Origin: Candidatus Bathyarchaeota archaeon
GTDB taxonomy: Archaea; Thermoproteota; Bathyarchaeia; Bathyarchaeales; Bathycorpusculaceae
Direction: 5' to 3'
NCBI GenBank assembly: GCA_963775465.1
Contig: CAVZIW010000001.1
Span: 160,001 to 224,000, forward strand
DNA length: 64,000 nucleotides
Part shown: positions 9,877-19,733 of the stretch, in pieces
Layout: the number at the start of each line of letters is the position of its first letter
Position numbering within the stretch: position 1 is the stretch's first letter
Program-made: the position numbers and the translations under genes
The notes under the pieces: model-generated
The model's database searches: none
Told to the model about the DNA's origin: nothing
What the model saw: only the letters and a program-made list of their open reading frames with translations

Positions 9877-10599
9877 ATGAATGAAAAATATGTTGTTAAA
9901 GAATCAGATGCCCTGTTGATAACCGATATCCAAAATGATTTCTTGCCAGGCGGGGCTTTGCCTGTTCCAAATGGCAACCTAATCATCCCAGTACTAAACC
10001 AATATATCAAAAGATTTGAAGCCGCAAAAGGACATGTCTTTGCATCCAGAGATTGGCACCCAGTCAACCACATGTCTTTCAAGAAGCAGGGCGGTATATG
10101 GCCTCCTCACTGCGTACAACAAACTGAAGGTGCAAATTTTAGTTCTTTATTGAAACTTCCAATGGGCACTATTGTCATTTCAAAAGCTATTGATCCCAAA
10201 AAAGAAGCTTACTCAGCTTTCGATGGTACAAACCTCGCCGATGAATTAAGCTTGCTGGGTATTAGGAGGTTTTTTGTTGGAGGCGTAGCGACAGACTATT
10301 GTGTTGTAAACACCGTTATTGATGCCTGCAAGCTTGGTTATGAAACTATCGTTCTCATGGATGCAACCTTGGGAATCAATGTTAATCCTTGCGATGTTGA
10401 CAACGCCTTTGAAACTATGAAACAAAATGGCGCCAAGCAAGTTACTACCGATGATTTTGCTGATATGGAAGATATTTTTCCTGTTGAAAAATCAAGAGCA
10501 GACGTCTTAGCGGAGAAACCTGCATTCAGGGCAATTGTGAAGAAAAAAGCGCGGATGCGTCCTAGAGGATCTGCAAAGAAGTTGCCGACGGAAAAATAA
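9877..10599 (+). CDS. pncA: Nicotinamidase/pyrazinamidase
   Basis: DIQNDFLPGGAL, DWHP, WPPHCVQ, YSAF, GVATDYCV; start placed at ATG 9877 after GGTGA SD. Confidence 0.92.
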   Translation: MNEKYVVKESDALLITDIQNDFLPGGALPVPNGNLIIPVLNQYIKRFEAAKGHVFASRDWHPVNHMSFKKQGGIWPPHCVQQTEGANFSSLLKLPMGTIVISKAIDPKKEAYSAFDGTNLADELSLLGIRRFFVGGVATDYCVVNTVIDACKLGYETIVLMDATLGINVNPCDVDNAFETMKQNGAKQVTTDDFADMEDIFPVEKSRADVLAEKPAFRAIVKKKARMRPRGSAKKLPTEK

Positions 10600-11029
10600 G
10601 CTGATTAAATCGAAATACAACGAACCATATATATTCATCATCTCTAAAGGAGGAACTTAACAAAAAAACATTTTTTTAAATTAACTAATGATGCTCATAA
10701 ACTATTTTTTTCAAATATTAACGCTAATACATGATCAATTACTTCAAAAAGCCCTTTCTCTTTGTTATCTGCCTGTCTAATTAACATTTTTTACTTTTAT
10801 AGCGAGCTATCTTTTTTGTTTGATTATACACACCCATTTTTGCATGTGCGAAATCATTACGAACGAATATTTTTTACACTAAATAGTTAAAATAGCTGAA
10901 AGCTTGAATTAGAATTAGAAACAAAGTTCTAAAAAGAGTATGGTAACCAACTTTTTACAAGCAGCATTAACGAAGCTAGAAACAGTTAGCCATTAAATTT
11001 GGGAATTATGAATAGATAGCATTTTGTGG

Positions 11030-11458
11030 TTATCTCTCACCCAAAACCTGTATTATCAGCGTTCTTTCTCTTGGGTAAACATCAGTTTCTATAAAAAGAA
11101 GAGACTGCCAAGTTCCCAACTCAACATTGCCATTAATTATGGGAAGAGTTTTGTCGGGAGGCAGAATCATCGAGCGCAAATGTGAATGTGCATTAGATGG
11201 ATGTCGATAGTTTACGTGTTTTGGTACCATCTTTTCCAGGAAAACTTTGATGTCATCGAGTAAGGCAGGGTCGTTTTCTGTTAGAACAAGTATACCTGTT
11301 GCGTGAGGGGTAAACACATGAGCCAACCCATTTTTTACGCCTGTTTTTGCAACTTCTTCTTGAACCTGCTCTGTGATATCAACAAAATCTATCTCCCCGT
11401 TTGTTCTGAAGTGATGAGTCTTATTTACAACGACGAAGTCTGACATTCTAATCCTCAA
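11030..11458 (-). CDS. yjbQ: YjbQ family (UPF0047) protein
   Basis: DIT, HATG, EN, NAHSHLRS, LGTWQ. Confidence 0.9.
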   Translation of the reverse strand: MRIRMSDFVVVNKTHHFRTNGEIDFVDITEQVQEEVAKTGVKNGLAHVFTPHATGILVLTENDPALLDDIKVFLEKMVPKHVNYRHPSNAHSHLRSMILPPDKTLPIINGNVELGTWQSLLFIETDVYPRERTLIIQVLGER

Positions 11459-11506
11459 GGCTTGTACTCATGCTTTGCTGAAAAATCTTTCGAGATACCA
11501 AGTAAA

Positions 11507-11534
11507 AATGTGTTTGGGTGATGCTTTTGTATAC
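11507..11534 (-). repeat. 28-bp dispersed motif, copy 2 (inverted)
   Basis: Reverse complement GTATACAAAAGCATCACCCAAACACATT, 27/28 identical to copy 1. Confidence 0.85.
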
Positions 11535-12975
11535 AGAATTGGTCCGTCTCCCTTAAAGTCTGATAGGTTCATCAAGTTTTCCAAATTTACTTACATGTTG
11601 AAACCTGTTTCGGCATCTAAAATTTTTTGTCCAAATTAAAGAATTCTTGTGGAATTTCAACTTTAATTTAAATCATCTCTCAGAGTGATGTTGCTTTTCC
11701 GGTTAGGTTTTAATTTGACAAAAACGGAATAACATTAAAGAAAAGGGGAATGCTATAATGTTTTGGGATTCTGAATTTTCTTCTTTTAGATAGAGTGCAT
11801 CTAAAAAGTATTGCTATTTCTTAAGGTCCATTTGGGCTATGCTAAGACAAAAATTGTTACAATATTTTACCTACAAACATCACGTTAAAAACTAAAAAAA
11901 CAACCTTCTAGTATAATACAACAATCAAACATGTGCCATCTAACAAAAACAAGCCTGTCAATGAATAAAAGGTCATCACTAACCCGGAAGCAAAATTCTG
12001 CAAAATGATAAAACAATAAAATCTTTGCCAATGCAGTTTGAAATACGGTGTCACAAACTAGACACTGTGTCAGAGAAAAATATTTCGCGGATCTAGGCAA
12101 TTTATGGCCAAGCTTTTGTTTCTCTGTGAAGAAATTTTATTCTCTAAGAAATCAAAAAATAAACGACTAACCGTTGCGCCCCATTTTTAAAAATAACCTA
12201 TCTATAAGCCTATTTTAGATTAAACCAATATGTGAGTGTCGGATTCACTGCGAATATTCGCCATGAAAAAAAGCCATTAGTTTTAGTTATGTAAACTGAA
12301 AATACAAACTTCAATATGTGCCTTAAATTTAAAATAAAGCTTAATTTGAGCTTTATTGAGCATACCCTAAACCTTTGGCATGGGGATAATCGGAGCCTCA
12401 TATAAGTACTGTCGAAAATCTCCATTCCAAACAAAAACGTGATTTTTCGATCTTCCTTCGAGAGCTTAAAGCTGTTTTTAAGAAAAATCAGAGAACTTTG
12501 CGTTTTGGGCGATTGAAAATCGGAATTTTTTGTTAAATGGCTGTATTGTATTGGTTTGTTGTCTTTGGTTTGTTTAAGGTAATTCTGAGAGGAGCAGTAT
12601 GGTTTTTAGTTTCTTCTGAAGCCCTACGGGTTATTTTAGCGGCTTGTTTGTGAATAAAATTTCTATTTGAGGGCTAAAAATTTTATCAGTTGTTGGATGT
12701 TGCGTTGATTGTAACTTGGGTCAATTGAGGTTTTGTATCCATTAGCAGGGCTATACTGGCATTATTTTGCAATCATTAATGTCGTGAAATCCGATGTCAG
12801 TGATATTGGTTGTATTTGTATTTATATGCAAAGTCATGTTCACCAAGCCATTCCAGCAGCACCCAAACAGCTATCGTATACGAAAGCATCCCCAAAACCC
12901 ACAATTTTAAGACATCTTAGAGAACAATTTTTATCCACAAGAACCATAAAAGAAGGTATACAAGAGGCTAAGAGC

Positions 12976-13410
12976 GTGAGTACCGAGTTAGATCGAGTAA
13001 GGCTTCGTCGCTGGCGTAAAAGAGGCTTCTACAGCGAAAGTGTCCTAGTCAAGCTCTTGCAGAAAAAAGGGTACTACGCTGTTCGTGTTCCAGTAAGCAA
13101 TCCCAGCCTAAACCCTCTACCTGACCTTATGGCGCGCAGAGGACCGCACAATTATGCTTTTGAAGTAAAAAATGCCTCCTACTACGCCTATTTTCCCCTG
13201 CCGCAAATCGACAAGCTCTTCAGGTTTCTTGACCAATTCTTTCCTTCAGGCAATGAATACAAGCACGCCGTTGTGGCTGCGCATTTGGGTAAACGTTGGC
13301 TCTTTAAAGAAATTAGTTGGACAGATTGGGAAAAAAATAAAATCCCTGATAAAGTGCGCATTCTAAAGCGGGACCGAGGCAACCTAAACATCGACACCTG
13401 TTATTTGTAG
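12976..13410 (+). CDS. Hjc-like archaeal Holliday junction resolvase / PD-(D/E)XK nuclease
   Basis: RG..SE..L...L...GY.AVRVP.S...PDLMA...FEVK; start placed at GTG 12976. Confidence 0.8.
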   Translation: MSTELDRVRLRRWRKRGFYSESVLVKLLQKKGYYAVRVPVSNPSLNPLPDLMARRGPHNYAFEVKNASYYAYFPLPQIDKLFRFLDQFFPSGNEYKHAVVAAHLGKRWLFKEISWTDWEKNKIPDKVRILKRDRGNLNIDTCYL

Positions 13411-13866
13411 GTGCAGGAAAATGAGGGCTCAAATCTTTGTTACATTCAAAGTCGTGTCAGATCTATATCTTGCGGGCCAAGCAATACCTATGCGAAATGG
13501 ACTATTACTTGTTCCATCGATAATAACTCTTAAAAAGATAAAAACTGATTCGAAAAAACTTCTTTACGCCAAACTACTCTGGCTCAGGTGCCCTGCCGCC
13601 AAAAATTAGCAGTATTTGTGTTAATGTTTTGGATGAGAATTATCCAAAGACAAACATATGAAATTTCAGAAAATCCTAAGTAACATAGAATATATCCAAT
13701 TCTTAGAAATCCGACGTCCTGTTAATCATGATTTTCTAATTATAGAACTCACTAGCCATGTTCTTGCTTCTAAAAGAATGTTAGTCAATTGCAATAAGCG
13801 AAGAAAATTTTGTAATCAACCCTAATTCTATGTTTCTTTTAAGACCCCGCCAAGACATTAAAATAG

Positions 13867-14574
13867 CTAAAAATTATCGTTTAACTTCTCCAAGTTTTTA
13901 GCGAAAAACTTTACGTCATGAATGTTTGCAGGAAGTTGATGTATGAATTCTTGTATTTGAAGCACTGGCACCACTGGGACCTCATAGATGTATTTGTAGG
14001 CGCATGGAAAAAGCGATAGAACCGCTGGAACAAACTTAGCTTTTGCCCATTGTGTACATTCAAGATTTAATTTTAGGTTGGGCAAAAAATTTGTCAAGGC
14101 ATTTGTTCGGTCTATTTGAGATTTAACAATTCGTTTGAGAGCTGAAGCGCCAATCGCGTGTTGCCACCGCTTACAATCGATGCAAACTACCATGGGCTTT
14201 TTGCAGCCGACTACGTCGATTTCCCATCTTCGGCCTTCATGAGTGAAACGGACATTTTTGTGAACAGCATAACCGTTACTTTTAAGAGCTAAAGCTGTAA
14301 TTTCTTCAAATTCTTGCCAGCGCAAAAGATCACTGACGTTTTGGATATCGGCACCTAAATTTACTGCTTTTAGCGCAATGGTCAGGCGACTTTTGCTTTC
14401 GACCTCTATTGTTTCGTCTTCTAAATAAACTAGGTTTTCGTTTTGAATTTTATGTAGCAAAAACCAAAAAACATCGAGGGGCAAGTGAGCTTCTTTTTTG
14501 ACATCTTCAATTAAAGCGGGTGATTTTCGAGTTAACTTTAGGAGCGAAATTAACAGATTACGTTCAACACTCAA
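13867..14574 (-). CDS. Restriction endonuclease-like (Mrr_cat/NERD-type PD-(D/E)XK) protein with N-terminal HTH-like region
   Basis: WQEFEE, EIDVVG, IDCKRW; TTG start at 14574 after GGAGG. Confidence 0.8.
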   Translation of the reverse strand: MSVERNLLISLLKLTRKSPALIEDVKKEAHLPLDVFWFLLHKIQNENLVYLEDETIEVESKSRLTIALKAVNLGADIQNVSDLLRWQEFEEITALALKSNGYAVHKNVRFTHEGRRWEIDVVGCKKPMVVCIDCKRWQHAIGASALKRIVKSQIDRTNALTNFLPNLKLNLECTQWAKAKFVPAVLSLFPCAYKYIYEVPVVPVLQIQEFIHQLPANIHDVKFFAKNLEKLNDNF

Positions 14575-14656
14575 ATTAAATCCTCCGACTAATAGACACG
14601 AATAATGCAAAAAACTGCCCTAAAAAGCACGAAATCGAAACCAACTGCAGCATGCC

Positions 14657-14684
14657 GTATACAAAAGCATCAACAAAACATAGT
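14657..14684 (+). repeat. 28-bp dispersed motif, copy 3
   Basis: GTATACAAAAGCATCAACAAAACATAGT. Confidence 0.8.
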
Positions 14685-15384
14685 CTTCGAACCCAAATGC
14701 AGTTTACGTAGATATTAGACACCTCAATCTTGAACATGTAATTGATTTTTATGCGAATCTCTAGAATAACCTTTCCTTTCAGTCAAAAATTTTTTTCGAT
14801 TAATCAAACTACCAATCGCAAAGACAAACTTTTCGAGGCGTGTAGCCGAAAAAAGTGCTCACAACGAAGAAATTATAGACTTATCTATCATATTTGGAGC
14901 GATTTCACCCGTAATTTTAACTATTTAATGTAAAATGTGACCATTCGACGTTTTTTCGTTCAACAAAATCAAGTAATTAAACAGCAAACAACGAAATATA
15001 GCTAAGACCCGTTAACATCGACCTATATCGACGTATCGTAAAATTAAAAAATTCTTCCAAAATAGCAAAAGACAAAAAGAGGAAGCACTTAAACCCAGAA
15101 AAATAGAAGGCAAAGTTATTCAGGACATAACAAAATGCGTGATTTACACATTTTTAAGCACAAACCAGAAGCCTTATGAGGTTATGATGCTATTTTTGCC
15201 ACTTGCAGCTTTAAAAACACCGGGGATTCTTTCATTTGTAACTATTCTTAGTAGTCTTCGAAATTGAGCAAAGAAAGGTATTTACCATAATGGGAGCATA
15301 TTTTTGTCAGAAAGCATGTATATATAAGGTTCGCGTTTTTTCGAATATTTAGGTTATTTTAAAGGGGGTTGTTCATGGATAAAA

Positions 15385-15412
15385 ACTGTGTTTTGGAGAT
15401 GCTTTTGTATAC
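15385..15412 (-). repeat. 28-bp dispersed motif, copy 4 (inverted)
   Basis: Reverse complement GTATACAAAAGCATCTCCAAAACACAGT. Confidence 0.8.
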
Positions 15413-15601
15413 AAGGATATTTTTCATGGAGATTTTCATGATAAATTAACGTAAAGAAAGTAGCTACAGGTGTAAAATACATATTCTAAATGCGTAGAAC
15501 ATCCCGTTTCTTTACCGCAAATAAACTCCCAGGTGAATGCTAAACAGATACTGCTTACGCTAAAACATGTGTTGTTTTAAAAAGGTTAATAGAAAAAAGA
15601 A

Positions 15602-15802
15602 TTATTTTTCGTCTTCTTGGATTTCGCATTGAAGTTTCTTTATGATTTCATCCGCTCTTAAAGGTTCAATTTTAAGAGTGTAAAGATTTGCAGGTGTTCG
15701 AAGCTTCAATTTTACGGTGTCTTTGAGCCTTTTTACATGACATTTTTTTGCTTTGGCGCTCATAGTCACGAATTTATCAACGTCTGTGATTTCTGATGGC
15801 AT
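15602..15802 (-). CDS. rpl38e: 50S ribosomal protein eL38
   Basis: MP.EI.D...F, VKLKLRT..LYTL signature of L38e. Confidence 0.85.
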   Translation of the reverse strand: MPSEITDVDKFVTMSAKAKKCHVKRLKDTVKLKLRTPANLYTLKIEPLRADEIIKKLQCEIQEDEK

Positions 15803-15969
15803 GATATTTTATCCTCTGTATGTTTCGTTGTGATGGATACAAAGCCGAGTTTTTATCTGTTTTGGTGCAATCGAAAACAAGCAAGAGTAAACCTTTGAAA
15901 TTGCAACTTTTTTATAGCTAATCAAAGCTCATTAGTGAGAGACAGTGATTTAGAGGCGAATGGTAACTA

Positions 15970-17241
15970 ATGAAACGCTTACGTATCCTCTCGGTTGTAA
16001 TGATTCTCATCATAGTAACTGCAACACTATCCCTGTTTGTTACATCCTCACAAAGTGACAAACAAGCCAACGATCCTGTCTACGTCGGCGTCGCATTCGG
16101 AGGGACTACAATTGACCAAGCTAAACTTCTCATCGATAGAACAAAAACTTACACCAACATCTTCGTTTTAGATTCAGGTCTAAATCCCATAAGCAGCAAT
16201 GAATCTGCTGTAAAGGAAATTTGTGATTATGCTGTAAACGCAGGGTTAAACATCATTGTAAACTTGGGAACTTACACGCGTGAAGACTGGGCGTGGAAGA
16301 TACAATTTCTAAATTCCTCAAAGGAAATGTATGGTTACAAGTTTCTTGGAGCGTACTACGATGATGAACCTGGAGGAATACCGCTTGACTGGAACTGGAC
16401 ACAGTTCTTCACGGAGAATAGCACTCTTTTCTCAGGAGCGAATCCTTTGGATTTGACACCGATCCATTACAAACTTCAAATTGCAGAGATAGCTGGGACG
16501 CAGCCGGAAAACTATACCTTAGAAGCTCAATGGTTCAATCAGCTCTTAGAACGCAACAGAGGACATACAAGCCTTAAGGAGCATAATATCACAACTTTCA
16601 CATCTGATTATGCTCTGTATTGGTTTGATTATCTTGGAGGATATGATACTCTTTTTGCCCAGCTGGGACCAAACCAAACATCTACCTCTCAAACTGAACC
16701 TCGTAGTGTTAATGAGCAAACCACTCTGGCACTTCTACGCGGGGCATCAAAAATGCAAAATAAGGATTGGGGTGCAATCGTTACCTGGAAATATGATGTT
16801 CCACCGTATCTTGACACAGGACAAAATGTCTACAATCAGATGAAACTAGCTTACAATGAGGGCGCAAAATACATCTTGATCTTTGACTACCCATACAACG
16901 TCACCAATCAATATGGCACCATGAATCCCTATGGCGTCTTAAAATCTGAGCATTTTCTTGCGCTCCAAACTTTCTGGAATAAAGTCATAACTCAACCGCC
17001 TAATTCAGCTCAAGCTGAAGCTGCCCTTGTTTTACCCAAAGATTACGGTTGGGGAATGCGTTCTTCTTCAGATAGGATTTGGGGTTTTTGGGGACCTGAT
17101 GACAAATCACCCGTAATCTGGAATGCAGCACAGTTGCTTTTTGAAAGATACGGTACGCGTTTAGATATTATTTATAACGATCCAACATACCCTGTGCAAG
17201 GAAATTATTCAAAAGTGTATTATTGGAACCAAACTCTCTAA
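15970..17241 (+). CDS. Secreted/membrane-anchored hypothetical protein (possible glycoside-hydrolase-like barrel)
   Basis: Signal anchor; YYDDEPGG, TSDYALYWFDY, GAKYILIF; many N-x-S/T sequons. Confidence 0.75.
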   Translation: MKRLRILSVVMILIIVTATLSLFVTSSQSDKQANDPVYVGVAFGGTTIDQAKLLIDRTKTYTNIFVLDSGLNPISSNESAVKEICDYAVNAGLNIIVNLGTYTREDWAWKIQFLNSSKEMYGYKFLGAYYDDEPGGIPLDWNWTQFFTENSTLFSGANPLDLTPIHYKLQIAEIAGTQPENYTLEAQWFNQLLERNRGHTSLKEHNITTFTSDYALYWFDYLGGYDTLFAQLGPNQTSTSQTEPRSVNEQTTLALLRGASKMQNKDWGAIVTWKYDVPPYLDTGQNVYNQMKLAYNEGAKYILIFDYPYNVTNQYGTMNPYGVLKSEHFLALQTFWNKVITQPPNSAQAEAALVLPKDYGWGMRSSSDRIWGFWGPDDKSPVIWNAAQLLFERYGTRLDIIYNDPTYPVQGNYSKVYYWNQTL

Positions 17242-17284
17242 AAAATAGATTAACCCTTAAAGAAAAAGGTTGGTGAGATATAGT

Positions 17285-17479
17285 TTATTTTGGTTTAATT
17301 CCAATCTTAAGATTAACTTCAACTGTGTATTCTTGTTCGTTTTTTCCGACGCTAAAATTCCAATCCTTGACTTCAACTTCCATGTCCTTAAATTGGCTAA
17401 CGATTGCATCTTTGTATTCTTGTGCAGTTTGTCCTATCTTTTGTAGTTTTTCAGTTATGTTTACTGATGTATCAGGCAT
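17285..17479 (-). CDS. Small hypothetical protein
   Basis: 64 aa, GGAGGTG SD upstream. Confidence 0.65.
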   Translation of the reverse strand: MPDTSVNITEKLQKIGQTAQEYKDAIVSQFKDMEVEVKDWNFSVGKNEQEYTVEVNLKIGIKPK

Positions 17480-17939
17480 AAATTACACCTCCCAAATCCA
17501 GACTAATTTTAATAATTGAATTGATGTGTTAGCGCTATTAAGAATTTGTGACTGTAAGGCTACAACATCAAAATAGCGTTAACTTAACAGCTGAAAAGAA
17601 CGACAAAGGACTCCTGAGTCGTACTTTATGGAGATTCCGCCTTCGTTGTGGCATTTTTTGGTTTTTCTTTTTGGTTGTTGTTGAAGTGTTTTATGCTCAA
17701 GTTTTTGAGGGCTTGTTGACATATGTTTAAGATTTGGCTTGTGCTTTGGAGTTTGTTTGGTTGTAGTTGTTGAAGTGAACGCGCTTTTTTCATAGTGTTT
17801 GTTGTTAGCAGCGTTTTCATCTTTTGTTAAGAGCCAAAGTCACCGCAGCAAATAATTTTTCCCAGAGTATGGTTCTGCCGTTGGCACTTTCTTGGAATTG
17901 AATGTTCAGAAAGTTGTTGCTGGTTTGATCATACTGCGG

Positions 17940-18455
17940 TGGATGAGGATTCATAGCCTAAATACTTGAACAATCGATCAGAGTATCTCATACCTATAAA
18001 AGATGCAAGCCCCCCACAAATACGCCTATGAACACAAAAGAAGTATCAAAAAGGTTTTGTGACTTTGATGTCAACAGAAAACAGAATTATCGTCGTAATT
18101 GTTCCTGGACCAGCAGTTAACGGAAAGGACAGGAACTATTGCAGTATCCTCGCTTCTCTCTTTTAGAGAAGAATTTTTTCTGGATAAAGCATCTGCAAGG
18201 CAGCCACAACAAGCAAGATGCCGCCTGCTATCGGAAAGGCAGAAACGGTAATGTTGAAAACTTGGAAAACCAACTGTCCAGTAGAGCAAGAAAGCCAAAC
18301 TACAAAGGATAGCCTCATTGATTTAGTAATTGCCCTGAGCTTTTTCTCAAAAGGCATATTCTTTGTAAGGGTTGCTTAAACTGCAATTACGCTAAACGGT
18401 TCCATAACTGCCACTATGGAACTAATGGCAAGTTTAAGAAGGATAAGTCAGCCAA
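17940..18455 (-). pseudogene. MarC-family membrane protein pseudogene
   Basis: Fragments ...VMEPFS..., GQLVFQVFNITVSAFPIAGGILL, and PLTAGPGTITTIIL in different frames; in-frame TAA at 18376-18378 and frameshifts. Confidence 0.75.
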
Positions 18456-18634
18456 AGCAACCACCCAAACATAGAATTATATGTAGTTATGGCAGAAATT
18501 CCCTTTTTAATGTATTCGAATTTTAGCATAAATGATGGATTGAGAATGAAAAAGAATTCTTCGATAACAACGTTTGCTCTATGGTGTTTGATTACCTCTT
18601 AAAAATAATGTATGTTTTAAAAGTTTGATTAGAC

Positions 18635-19324
18635 TTAATAATATTGCTTTAATGGGTTTCTAGGGTCTGTCGCCAACTTTACAGACGAGGGAACCATGAG
18701 GCTATGCCAATTCCTTTCTGGTTTGCGTTCTTCAACGTCGTCAATATTGATGCGGTGTATGTGAAGAGCATATTCCATTGCTTGGTCTTGCGGGTTCTCA
18801 AGCTGTAGCATCTGGTTTAGGCTTAGGTGTTCAAAGACTCTTCTAATCGGCCGCATTGAGTTGCCATGGCACGAAATAGCAACATTACCCGGTTTCTGTT
18901 TAAGCCACCTTTCAAGTTGCACGATAATGGGCAAAGTGCGGCTTTCAACCATTTTCATGCTTTCACCTTCGGGAGGAGGAAAGTCGTAACCGCGGTGAAC
19001 CTTGGCAAACCACTCAGGTTGTTCTGTTTCAATCGCGATCTTGCTTTCACCCTGTAACGTACCATAGCACCGTTCTATCAGACGGTCGTCTATAAAAACG
19101 GGAACGTTGAGGTGCGGTTTTAAGACAATTGCAAGGGTTCTTTTGGCTCTAAGAAGGTGTGATGTAAATGCATAATCAATTTTTTCTTGTTCCAGCTGTT
19201 GAGCAATCTCTTGCGCTTGTAAAAATCCTTTTGGAGTTAAGTTTGGGTCACGCCACCCGGAGAATAGTTGATTGCTATTATCAGTAGTCTCAGCGTGTCT
19301 AAAAACGAACAGATTGCAGATCAT
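18635..19324 (-). CDS. gpmA: 2,3-bisphosphoglycerate-dependent phosphoglycerate mutase
   Basis: FRHAET..N...FSGWRD, ERCYG.LQG, PPPEGES, HGNSMR. Confidence 0.85.
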   Translation of the reverse strand: MICNLFVFRHAETTDNSNQLFSGWRDPNLTPKGFLQAQEIAQQLEQEKIDYAFTSHLLRAKRTLAIVLKPHLNVPVFIDDRLIERCYGTLQGESKIAIETEQPEWFAKVHRGYDFPPPEGESMKMVESRTLPIIVQLERWLKQKPGNVAISCHGNSMRPIRRVFEHLSLNQMLQLENPQDQAMEYALHIHRINIDDVEERKPERNWHSLMVPSSVKLATDPRNPLKQYY

Positions 19325-19325
19325 A

Positions 19326-19733
19326 TTATGTTTTCACCAAAATGTTCGGCGCTGAGGAGGTTGCAAAATCTCTTAGCTCTTTTATTTTATGTATCAATAA
19401 TCTGTCTTTTTCAATTATTGGTTGTGAAATTTTAAAGCGAGCTATCATTCTGGCTGTGTAGCCTGATCGGGTCAAGGGGATGACTTTGTGAATTTGCATG
19501 CTTTGGCTTATTCTTTGGATTGCCCTGCTTACCGTATCCGAGATGTTGATAAAAGGAGTATCTTCAACGTTGCTCTTGATAGCTTTCTCTGTTTCATTCG
19601 CTATTCGGGTCTTCATCTCAACAGCATCCACCGGATATTGTCCAACCGCTGTTTCTCCAAGAAGTATAATGGCGTCTTACCCGTCAAATATAACGTTTGC
19701 AACAATGATATCTCCAAAATCGGTTTTACCCAA
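19326..19733 (-). pseudogene. pyk: Pyruvate kinase remnant
   Basis: VANVIFDG*DAIILLGETAVGQYPVDAV and LTRSGYTARMIARF are pyruvate kinase motifs; only 136 codons, in-frame TAA at 19677-19679. Confidence 0.85.

Noticed and set aside
11535-12975. Replication origin
   Set aside because: No ORB-like repeats with G-strings and no cdc6/orc1 nearby
9220-15412. Motif as CRISPR repeats or as lambda/Gateway att-like sequence (TGTATACAAAAG)
   Set aside because: Copies are hundreds to thousands of bases apart in alternating orientation, with no spacers or cas genes; the att resemblance is only 12 bp with no vector context
17548-17830. Short ORFs and G/T-rich low-complexity stretch
   Set aside because: No SD, no recognisable motif and no regular repeat unit; probably non-coding
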